Of a DNA stretch of 64,000 nucleotides, positions 48,780-57,900 are shown piece by piece. The notes under the pieces are model-generated. The model was not told where the DNA came from, made no database searches, and was given only the letters and a program-made list of their open reading frames with translations. Every line of letters begins with the position of its first letter. Position 1 is the first letter of the stretch. Origin of the DNA: a virus; the IMG/VR virus record IMGVR_UViG_3300045988_169928, positions 45,391 to 109,390 of that record; one strand, written 5' to 3'. Made by a program: the position numbers and the translations under genes.

Positions 48780-50813
48780 ATGGCAGATAAAGATAAAGAT
48801 AGTAAATCAAGTTCTAGTTCTAATAACGCTAGTCTTTACGCTAACATGATGAATATCCCACTTGCGGTTGCCGATGGTGATGATATTCCAATGCAAAATC
48901 TGGTTGAGTTTGATATATGGGAAAACTTAGATGAAAGTTACCCTCCTGATACTGGGACTTCTAATCCATATACAAACTACAATGGTTCCATCTTACAAAT
49001 GATTAAAGATGTATCATCGCAACCATTTAACGAAATGTTCTGGACAAATGTACGTGGGATTCCAACTTTTGTATATCGACCAACCCCTTTTGACCCCGAG
49101 AATTGGAAGGGTCTAACTACTAACACCATTCCAACTGAATTAATTACAGATATTAGCATTGAAAATAGTGATAGTGAGCAATCAGCAGTCTTTAAGATTA
49201 CCCCTACCCAAAACCTTGGGGACACCACTTATTCAGGAGGAATCAATGCTAATCTTTATCCTTTGACTAACTTAGATCTAGTTCGCCGTTATGGCTATAA
49301 GCTCATGGAAGCTAATACAGATTATTTTAATGGTCAAACACTAGAATTAGATAGTCAGTCACATACGCCCGGAACCACCTATGCAGATAGTGAAGCGATG
49401 AAGGGTTACACGGATAAGACGGCTCAACTACACTATCCCCCATATACTAGCATTGTGGACGCTTTCTATCTTACTAGTGGGCGTAAAGGTTCTAATGCTA
49501 ACTTGTCAATTCCAAAAGAGTATGGTGGTAGTACCGCTTATAATGCGGTAATGAATGCGTTAAAGGCAACCAATTCTAATGTGGCGTTCTTTAATTCAAT
49601 TAGTAGTTATGGTATTACTAAGGAGCAGGCTAATTCATTGTGGCTAAGTAAAAACTCAATGAGTACCACTAAGTATCTTAGTATCATTGCCCCGAATTAT
49701 GTACCAACGACTACTAATTTAGCTAAAGACACTACTTACTTGAAGTCATATAAAGCCATGAAACAAAACCCTAAAAAGGCGGCCAGTGAATTAATTGGCT
49801 TATTGGGGTATTCGATTGGTAGTAAACAGGCTTATGAAATGGTTGAGTATGCAATTAATAATGGGGGAACCATTTCAGAAAGTGCCTACAACCAGATTAG
49901 AAGCCAATATAAGATCACTGATACCGAAGATGGGGTTAGTGGATCTCCAATGAATGGTAATGATTCCGTTAATTTCTTCTTTGCTAGGTATAGTGAGAAG
50001 CTGTTTAATTGGTATGCGGATAACGCTAAGTTTTATTCAGGAACCATAACCTTTGCTGGGCTTGAAAGTGAGCAAACCACTTTTAAAGAGAATAACTTTA
50101 TTGGTACTCGGATCTACTTTTATGATCGAGCAAATGGAACTTACTGGGAATTTTATTGTGAGGGTGAACAGTACAGCTTTGACTTTTCTAATGGTTTAAT
50201 GGTTACTCTTACCATTACTCGAGGGGTTCCTTTAGGTGATGATATTACCAATACTAATAAGCGTTTCTCGAATGAATGGTCTTTTTGGGGCACCTTTACC
50301 AACTTTGTTGGTGGGTACTTTGGGGAGCAGACCTTAGCGGCGGCGATTGAGAATGCCACACCAGATTCAGGTAGTTCTAGTTCATCTTCTGGTAGTGATG
50401 GTGATATTGTTTCCTTTGCTAAGAAGGTGGAGGGTAAGAATTGGTCTTACTCCCAAGCTAATCGAACTAATTTTGGGGATATTGGTAAACCAAAGGATAG
50501 TGGGTCAGCAGACTGTTCAAGTTTTGTATGGTATGTTTTAAAATCGTGTGGTTATCAAACAAGTGATAGTCCGTGGACAACTTTTTCAATGGAACCATAT
50601 CTCGACCAAATTAATAATGACAATTCTAAAGCTGGTGATGTGGTCATCAATAATGCTAATCCACACACTGGGATTCTTTTAGAAAAATGGAAAGGGCCTG
50701 ATACCAAAGTAATTAATTGTATCGATAGACACCCATCTGTGTGCGAGGGCGGATACCAAAGTATGTTTGGCAATAGCTCCCCATCAACAGGAATCTTCCG
50801 TGCTAAGAAGTAA
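48780..50813 (+). CDS. large protein with C-terminal NlpC/P60-type cysteine peptidase domain (candidate virion-associated peptidoglycan hydrolase)
   Basis: MADKDKDSKSSSSSNNAS leader. C-terminal GSADCSSFVWYVLKSCGY (NlpC/P60 catalytic Cys context) and later H (PHTGIL). Confidence 0.6.
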   Translation: MADKDKDSKSSSSSNNASLYANMMNIPLAVADGDDIPMQNLVEFDIWENLDESYPPDTGTSNPYTNYNGSILQMIKDVSSQPFNEMFWTNVRGIPTFVYRPTPFDPENWKGLTTNTIPTELITDISIENSDSEQSAVFKITPTQNLGDTTYSGGINANLYPLTNLDLVRRYGYKLMEANTDYFNGQTLELDSQSHTPGTTYADSEAMKGYTDKTAQLHYPPYTSIVDAFYLTSGRKGSNANLSIPKEYGGSTAYNAVMNALKATNSNVAFFNSISSYGITKEQANSLWLSKNSMSTTKYLSIIAPNYVPTTTNLAKDTTYLKSYKAMKQNPKKAASELIGLLGYSIGSKQAYEMVEYAINNGGTISESAYNQIRSQYKITDTEDGVSGSPMNGNDSVNFFFARYSEKLFNWYADNAKFYSGTITFAGLESEQTTFKENNFIGTRIYFYDRANGTYWEFYCEGEQYSFDFSNGLMVTLTITRGVPLGDDITNTNKRFSNEWSFWGTFTNFVGGYFGEQTLAAAIENATPDSGSSSSSSGSDGDIVSFAKKVEGKNWSYSQANRTNFGDIGKPKDSGSADCSSFVWYVLKSCGYQTSDSPWTTFSMEPYLDQINNDNSKAGDVVINNANPHTGILLEKWKGPDTKVINCIDRHPSVCEGGYQSMFGNSSPSTGIFRAKK

Positions 50814-50815
50814 TT

Positions 50816-50848
50816 AAAAAAGACTGGTATTAACCAGTCTTTTTTGTT
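50816..50848 (+). terminator. terminator, family C copy 1 (GACTGGT-ATTA-ACCAGTC + T-run)
   Basis: AAAAAGACTGGTATTAACCAGTCTTTTTTGTT. Followed by promoter TTGGAT-N16-TATAAT at 50857-50884. Confidence 0.6.
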
Positions 50849-50870
50849 ATATGGTATTGGATTTTAGACT

Positions 50871-51107
50871 ATGTATGATATAATTAAACCATCAATTAGG
50901 AAAGTTAGAGGTGAAATCATAATGGATTCTAAAGACAAAATCATAATGAACTCTAAAGGAGAAATTATAATGGATTCTAAATGGAGTGCCTTAGGAAAAG
51001 GCTTAGCGATCTGTGGGATTTGTGGTCTTATTGTAGCAGAACTATATTTTAAGGCTCCGGGCTGGGTATTTGGTTGGTCACTCTTTGCACTAATTATTTC
51101 GTTATAA
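50871..51107 (+). CDS. small membrane protein preceded by triplicated RBS-ATG repeat
   Basis: 24-nt unit GAAATCATAATGGATTCTAAAGAC x3 (50913-50984). The hydrophobic C-terminal 45 aa (MDSKWSALGKGLAICGICGLIVAELYF...) is the likely product. Confidence 0.45.
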   Translation: MYDIIKPSIRKVRGEIIMDSKDKIIMNSKGEIIMDSKWSALGKGLAICGICGLIVAELYFKAPGWVFGWSLFALIISL

Positions 51108-51165
51108 TAAAAGAAGTAATTAAAAAGGACTGGTTAATACCAGCCCTTTTATCTTATAAAAGCTA

Positions 51166-51193
51166 TTGACTTTTAGGTTATGTATGCTATACT
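51166..51193 (+). promoter_or_regulatory. promoter, family C copy 2 (TTGACT-TTTAGGTTATGTATGC-TATACT), after terminator 51122-51155
   Basis: Conserved with copy 3 at 52239-52267. The ORF-track ORF starting at 51166 begins in this promoter. Confidence 0.55.
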
Positions 51194-51225
51194 TGAACCA
51201 TCAATTATGGAAAGAGGTAGCTAAT

Positions 51226-51555
51226 ATGAAATACATTAATCAATTAACTGATGATGAATTGAAAAAGATTTTTGTATGTTTAGTCAAAGACTTTTACAAG
51301 GTGGATAAAATTGATGATGATTGCCAAATTATCCGAGATCAACCTTTGATTACCATTAGGGGGAACTTTGATAGGGGTATTATCAAAGATGTAGAATGTC
51401 CTGCTCCCCTTACTCTGGAACTTGATGATTTTAATGTATATTCTGATTATAACCCAAATTGGGTGATGGCACAGCATTATCGTAGTCACATGGTTTGGAA
51501 GTTTGGGAAACAATATGCTATCGATTGTTTTTGGGACGGTTTAGGGGGTTATTAA
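51226..51555 (+). CDS. hypothetical protein, paralogue of 51558..51893
   Basis: ATG 51226 with RBS AAAGAGG. MKYINQLTDDELKKIF... ends ...DCFWDGLGGY versus paralogue MKLKYVNQLNSYELGELY... ends ...DCFWNDCRG. Confidence 0.55.
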   Translation: MKYINQLTDDELKKIFVCLVKDFYKVDKIDDDCQIIRDQPLITIRGNFDRGIIKDVECPAPLTLELDDFNVYSDYNPNWVMAQHYRSHMVWKFGKQYAIDCFWDGLGGY

Positions 51556-51557
51556 AT

Positions 51558-51893
51558 ATGAAACTTAAATATGTTAATCAGTTAAATAGTTATGAGTTGG
51601 GTGAGTTATATTCAGTGTTCATTGCACAGTATTGTGGCTTTAAAGTTGAACATCTTGATGTTATTAAGAGTATATATACAATCACTTTCAAGGGTAGCTA
51701 CTACGCTTTAGACGATGATGATAATGAAATACGACTTGAGGATAGCTTTGAAGTTAACGACTATGGTGTGCTTAGCAATGCTGTTGGGTTTGGTTACGTT
51801 TTTGACTTAACTAAGTTTATGCGTAAGTTTATGTTCAACAAGTTTGGCAAACCCTATATGGAAGATTGTTTTTGGAATGATTGTAGGGGGTAA
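51558..51893 (+). CDS. hypothetical protein, paralogue of 51226..51555
   Basis: ATG 51558 with RBS GGGGG. Confidence 0.55.
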   Translation: MKLKYVNQLNSYELGELYSVFIAQYCGFKVEHLDVIKSIYTITFKGSYYALDDDDNEIRLEDSFEVNDYGVLSNAVGFGYVFDLTKFMRKFMFNKFGKPYMEDCFWNDCRG

Positions 51894-51898
51894 AGATA

Positions 51899-52183
51899 AT
51901 GACTAAGACAGATGAATTTATTAAAAAAGTAGAACAGCTTAACCCACACCTAACCGTAGACAAGTATCATAACTTGTATGGTCGTGACCATAGCAAAGTA
52001 GATATGATTATTTGGTATCGAAAAGACATTAACACCGTAATGTCTTTTGCCTCCATCACTTATCTTCATGGTACGCCCGTAGTTGAGACAAGTCACAACT
52101 CTTTAGATAAAGATTATTTAGCTTTGTATAGTGATGTTATTAATCTATGTGTAGAATACTTTCCCTACTTTTTTAGGGAATAA
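51899..52183 (+). CDS. hypothetical protein
   Basis: 94 aa. Followed by terminator 52191-52220 (family C copy 3) and tandem promoters TTGACA 52225 and TTGACT-N17-TATGAT 52239-52267. Confidence 0.45.
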   Translation: MTKTDEFIKKVEQLNPHLTVDKYHNLYGRDHSKVDMIIWYRKDINTVMSFASITYLHGTPVVETSHNSLDKDYLALYSDVINLCVEYFPYFFRE

Positions 52184-52300
52184 GTATAAGAGGCTGGTTA
52201 ACACCAGTCTTTTTTGTTTAGGCTTTGACATAAATATATTGACTTTTAGGGTTTGATATGCTATGATTGGGCTATCAAGTAAAGAAAGAGGCAATCAATT

Positions 52301-53065
52301 ATGAAGTTTGAACTTAAAGGATATGTTTTTGAATTTAAGCCCGTTAAACGTAGTGAGATTATTGATTTAATGATTAATTACCATTATCTACACCGGAAGG
52401 TTGCTACTAAGTATGCTTATGGTTTGTTTGCAGATAATGAGTTAAAGGGAATGATTACCTACACAGCTCCACGATTAAGTCTTGCTCGTTCTATTAGTGA
52501 AGAGGCAAATCAAGATAACACCTTAGAACTTTCCCGATTGTATATCAAGGACGAGATTTCTCAAAATGTTCCTAACATTACTTCCCGCTTTGTGTCTTGG
52601 ACTTTACGTGAACTCAAGAAGCAAGGTAATTGGTTTATTATTTCGTTTGCTGATTCTAGTATGGGCCATGTTGGGAGTATCTACCAAGCAACCAACTTTC
52701 TTTATTGTGGGACTACTAAAAGTGGTATGTTATGCTATAATGGGCCTTTCAAACAAGGTGGCACATGGGTTAAGGGGGTTCATTATCGGTTTTTACTTAT
52801 TCGGAGTATCAAGCATAGGTATATCAAATTTGTTGGTGATCGTCGCTTTCAAAAGGGGGCTAAAAAAGACCTCAAGCTGGATATTGTCCCTCACCCTCAT
52901 GGACTTGGCGCCCATTATGAAGTTGGAGATGTTGAAACTCGCTTCATTAAGGATCGAAAAACAGGCCGTATCTATACCGAAGCACAGTTACTTAGATCTT
53001 TCCCGGATTACGACTGGGATAATCAAGACTGGGGAATAGAGGATATTAATACACCTAATAAGTAG
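52301..53065 (+). CDS. hypothetical protein (weak GNAT/Mom-like resemblance, speculative)
   Basis: 254 aa. ...FADSSMGHVGSIYQATNFLYCG is faintly reminiscent of acyl-CoA-binding motif A of GNAT-fold proteins. Confidence 0.5.
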   Translation: MKFELKGYVFEFKPVKRSEIIDLMINYHYLHRKVATKYAYGLFADNELKGMITYTAPRLSLARSISEEANQDNTLELSRLYIKDEISQNVPNITSRFVSWTLRELKKQGNWFIISFADSSMGHVGSIYQATNFLYCGTTKSGMLCYNGPFKQGGTWVKGVHYRFLLIRSIKHRYIKFVGDRRFQKGAKKDLKLDIVPHPHGLGAHYEVGDVETRFIKDRKTGRIYTEAQLLRSFPDYDWDNQDWGIEDINTPNK

Positions 53066-53076
53066 GGGGTGATATA

Positions 53077-54363
53077 ATGACAAAACGTAAAACAGATGAG
53101 GAGTTCCAGCAAGAAATTTACAGTCTAGTAGGCGATGAATACACATTTCTAGATAAATATGTTAATGCAAGGACAAAACTAAGGGTAAAACATAACGAGT
53201 GTAATTTTGTATATTCCGTTTCTCCCCACAACTTTTTAACAGGCAAACGTTGTCCCAATTGTTTTAAGACACCCAAGAAAAGTGATATTCAGTTTCAGCA
53301 TGAAGTTCATACTTTAGTGGGTGATGAATACACATTTTTAGATCCTTATGTTAACAATAAAACAAAGCTAAGGGTAAAGCATAATGTATGTGGAAATGTC
53401 TATAAAGTTAGGGCTTCATCTTTTTTAGATGGTAGTCGTTGTCCATATTGCGCAGGACTGGTTAAGAAAACAGATAAACAGTTCAAACAAGAAATTTACA
53501 ATTTAGTAAATGATGAGTACACATTCCTAGATTCTTATGTTAATACTAATACCAAGTTAAGGGTTAAACACAATAAATGTGGGAATGCCTATGAGGTTAC
53601 ACCCTCTAAGTTTTTATCTGGTGAGCGCTGTCCTTACTGTGCAGGACTTGTTAAGAAAACAGATACCCAGTTCAAACATGAAGTTAACATTTTGGTGGGC
53701 GATGAGTACACATTCCTAGATAGATATGTTAATGCTTATACAAAAATTAGGGTTAAACACAACAAATGTAATTTTATATATTCTGTTGCTCCTACTAATT
53801 TCCTTAGGGGTAGTCGCTGTCCTCATTGCTATCTAGTTAATAAATCAAAGTCGGATAATCTCTTTAAACAGGAGGTTTCTAGCCTTGTTGGCGATGAATA
53901 CACAATATTAGATACTTATACTAATGCGGAATCCAAGATTAGGTTAAGACATAATAAATGTGGAAATGTTTATAAAACTCGACCTCGTACTTTTCTTGAA
54001 GGGTATCGTTGCCCATATTGTAATAGTCCTAAGGGGGAAACTGTTATTACTAAGCTGTTAGATACTTTTAGTATTGATTATGAGTATCAAAAAACCTTTG
54101 AGGATCTAAAAGATAAGTCATATTTGTCTTATGATTTCTATATTCCAGACCAGAACATCTTAATTGAATATCAAGGGATTCAACATTATCAACCTGTAGA
54201 CCTTTTTGGTGGAGATGATAGATTTATTAATCAACAAAAGCATGACCAGATGAAGTTAGACTATGCTAAAGATCATGGTTATAATTTAATTGCTGTTCCC
54301 TACACAGAAGATACTTTCTCTAAGATTAAAAAGTATCTGACTAAGCATGGACTAAAGAAGTAG
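53077..54363 (+). CDS. freestanding endonuclease paralogue: 5 zinc-ribbon repeats + Vsr/DUF559-like nuclease domain
   Basis: Five repeats of K.D.QF..E...LVGDEYTFLD.YVN..TK.RVKHN.C...Y.V....FL.G.RCP.C. C-terminal YDFYIPDQNILIEYQGIQHYQP. Confidence 0.65.
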   Translation: MTKRKTDEEFQQEIYSLVGDEYTFLDKYVNARTKLRVKHNECNFVYSVSPHNFLTGKRCPNCFKTPKKSDIQFQHEVHTLVGDEYTFLDPYVNNKTKLRVKHNVCGNVYKVRASSFLDGSRCPYCAGLVKKTDKQFKQEIYNLVNDEYTFLDSYVNTNTKLRVKHNKCGNAYEVTPSKFLSGERCPYCAGLVKKTDTQFKHEVNILVGDEYTFLDRYVNAYTKIRVKHNKCNFIYSVAPTNFLRGSRCPHCYLVNKSKSDNLFKQEVSSLVGDEYTILDTYTNAESKIRLRHNKCGNVYKTRPRTFLEGYRCPYCNSPKGETVITKLLDTFSIDYEYQKTFEDLKDKSYLSYDFYIPDQNILIEYQGIQHYQPVDLFGGDDRFINQQKHDQMKLDYAKDHGYNLIAVPYTEDTFSKIKKYLTKHGLKK

Positions 54364-54430
54364 CTTATCAACCTCCTATATTAAGTCTAGAAAAACATAG
54401 TTTATCTAAACTTTATAGGGGGTTTTAATA

Positions 54431-54868
54431 TTGGCGACAGTAAGCAATCAATCTGTGAACAGTGCAAACAGAATTTACATTATGGCACAGAACCATCTTG
54501 TGGCAAGGGCACAATCATTAAGTGCACAACGTTCTTTTGGTACAGAGGGTGTGTATGAAATCGGTTCCATCATGCCACAAGAACACGTTTATCTCAAGTA
54601 CACGGGTAGTGTTACGCTTGAACGGTTCCGCATGGTTTCAAGTAACTTGGCAAGTGCCCAAATGGGGGCGATCGCCGCATTAGGTGAAGATATTTTAAAC
54701 AAGGATATTATCACCATTAACGTTATGGATAGTGTAACTAAGAACCTAGTTGAGAGCTTCTATGGTTGTTCGGCTTCCAGTTACTCCACTGCGTACCGTA
54801 GCAATCAAATCGTGACTGAATCAATAGAATTTTTGTACCTTAGCTCCGGGACAACTGCTGTAAGCTAG
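54431..54868 (+). CDS. tail tube-like (major tail) protein
   Basis: 145 aa. The pattern ...SLSAQRSFGTEGVYEIGS...YLKYTGSVTLERFRMVSS resembles XkdM-type tube proteins (from memory). Followed by terminator AGAGATAGTGTAATAGCTATCTCTTTTTTT. Confidence 0.4.
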   Translation: MATVSNQSVNSANRIYIMAQNHLVARAQSLSAQRSFGTEGVYEIGSIMPQEHVYLKYTGSVTLERFRMVSSNLASAQMGAIAALGEDILNKDIITINVMDSVTKNLVESFYGCSASSYSTAYRSNQIVTESIEFLYLSSGTTAVS

Positions 54869-54958
54869 GTTAACAGTTACTTTATATAAAGAGATAGTGT
54901 AATAGCTATCTCTTTTTTTGTTATACAAAAAGGCCACCCGGTTTAGGGGTGGTCATTT

Positions 54959-57900
54959 TTAATGAGCAAAGTAATTTAACTGGCTTTGCCTAGTTTGTTG
55001 TTGTTCAAACTGATTAAGCATTTCCTTAACCTTGTTTGCTACGGTTTGGGCTAAGTTGTCTGGGTCGTCTGTCCCTCCTTGAATAGTAAGATTAATGTTG
55101 TAGGTAGGGTTAATGGTTGTGTTTTGGTTGCCCCCAACTTCGCTTGGGCTAACCAACTTACGTCCAAAGACCCCCGCTAAATCGTTTAGTGCTGTTAGAC
55201 CCGCACCAGCGTGACTTGTGTTTAGTGGGATAAATGCTTCTGTACCAGCTTCACCAAAGAGATCAGAGTTATTAACTAAGGTCGGTTGGCTACTAATGAA
55301 CCCATTACCACTGGCAAAGGAACGAATCCCACCATTAGCGTATTGACCTTTGAACGAGTTCATACCGGCCTCGTACGCACTTAGCCCAGCAGTAAAGTAG
55401 CTATGATTTTTAAGGGCGGTTGCATATTGGTCAACTGACTTAATGCTTGAATCAATGCCATCATTCTTTAGAATACTAGCAAAATTCTTAGCATAGTCAT
55501 CTAAACTGTTAAACTTAGCATAGTAATCGCCCTCGGGAGAAGCAGAACCCCTAGTAGCTCCAGATTGTCCTACATATTTGATACCAGACAGGTTATTAGA
55601 CCCATCATTGGCTAATTTAGAGGTCATGCCACCCGTTTCATGCATAATTTGGGCAAAGACAAGGCTAGGATCGACCCCTAATTCTTTACCAACCTTCTTA
55701 GCAACGGATTTAGCGGCTTCAACCCCTTTACCACTAGCTTTTTCTGAATCATCTGAGGTATTACCCTTAGTATCACCATTAAGGGAAATACTTTTAGCGG
55801 TTTCAACAAGGGTTTTGGCCTTGTCTAACATCTTGTTGTAGGAGCGAAGGATCTTCCAGTCGTCTTTATCATGAAGTTTTGACTTTTTACTGGTGGATTT
55901 CTTGTGATTTCCACTGAATTCGTCTTTGATCCAGTGAGCACCATCACCAATAAGACCACCAATTTTACCACCGGCCCAGCCACCAATAATGCTTCCACCA
56001 ATTGTCCCTGCTGGACCTATGAATGGGTCTAGTAAACTACCGAGAACGGCGCCCCCAGCACTCCCAGCAGTGGTACCCGCCGCTTTTCCAAGTCCTTCAA
56101 ATTGGGCTTTAGACCCTTTTTTGGTGTGCGTAAGAGTATTAATAGTGTCATAAGCCCCGAAGGCAAGGTTAGCAATCCCAGCTTTCCTTACTAGGCCACC
56201 TGCGCTCCTTAGTAAACCAGTACGTTCACCAGATCTTAGAAGGGTAGACCCAGTGGATTTAGCTAGACTAGTCCCTTTGCGGAGTAGACCAGTAAACTTA
56301 CCACCCTTACGAATGTTTCGAGCGGCGTTAACAATGGATCGTCCACCATTTTTAAGAGATCGACCACCATTAGCCCATGTTTCCTTGGTGAACAGGTCCT
56401 TAGTCGCCCCACGGAACCCTCCGTGTCTAAGGACAAAGCCTGAAACTAGACCAGAACCAACCCCTTGAACAAGGCTTCCTCCCACGGCAGAGGCGACACT
56501 CATACCAACCCCACCAAAACCGCCAAAACTACCCCCAACGGTCTTATAAATTTTGGCTAAAGCGCTTCGGAAGGAATCTAGGCTTTCACTAGCCTTAGTA
56601 GCCGAGTTAGCAAGGGCCGCATTTGACTTTTGAATCGATGAAGTACCTGATTCTGAATAGGATTTATCGTTCTTTTTGGCTTGTGAGCCGTCATTTAGGT
56701 ACTTTTTAAGGGTAGATTTATCTAATTTACCCTTAGAATTGGCGTCTAATAGCTTCTCCGCGGCGTCCATCGAGATATTAGGGTTTTGACTGCTTATCCG
56801 CCAAGCGGCTACTTTGGTATTCCCTTGGGCCATGTCCATATAATTGTTTAAAACCCGGCGCATGGACGCAGGATTCTTGTTCATGTCCTGCATATCTTGC
56901 ATTAATTGGGCTTGACCCTGTAAACCAGAGTATTTAGTCCCAGTTCCTCGGGCAAACATGGTTCGGGCTTGCAAACTATTATAGTCAGAAAGGGTGTGAG
57001 TAATCTGGAGAATGTTATTAGCCCCAGTAGTACCTTGGAATTGGCTTCCTAAAGAGGAAAGTGAACCTTGTAAGCCGGCAATCTGTTGTAAATCTTTATA
57101 ACTAGCTCCATATTGGGTAGCATTGTTATATAGTTCTGTTAAACCTTGCTGTTGTTGACTAGACTTGGCCGTCATACCGCTAGAGGTAATCTCATTAGTG
57201 ATCTGATTACCTAACCTAGACATTTGGCTACCAGAAAGCCCACTGGCGTTCCCAGCCGATTGTTCAAGGGATTGGGTGGTTTCGCTGTCAGAACCGGTTA
57301 TACGGGCTTGACGTGCCCATGAGGTAGCCGCCTTATTGTAGTTACCTGTATTTCCCGTGCTACCTGAATAAGCGCTAACGAATCCAGACATCTCTGCACC
57401 AGAATAACCATATTTATACCCTGAATTAGAGATCGTGTCCATAACGTGGTTATCAGCATGATAACCACCAATACCATAGGCGACACCTTTAATGTTATCA
57501 AAGGCCGTTAGACGGGCGTTACTCCCTTGGCTAACTAAGGAACCAGACGAACTCATCGCCGCAGTAAGACCAGAACGAGCAAGGTAACGAGATTGGTCGG
57601 CTAGGCTACCCTTTTTAGGCCCAACGGTGTAGCTATTATCTGGTTTATTAACCTCTGTGCTAGTCTGTTTAATTGCTTGTTCATTTCGTCCAAGGGTAGA
57701 ACTAAGTTGATTTAACTTTTGGCTAACCTTTTCGAGTTGCTTAACGTATTCGTCAGCTTCTCTAGCGGCATTGACGGCTTCTCGGCTAGCTCCCGGAACA
57801 CTAGCTACCTTTTTGGCGTTAGCATAATCTTCCCTAGCACTTGTTAATTTACCTGCTAAGTCAGTTCGTTGCTTTTTTAAAATATCAGAGTAATTAGAAA

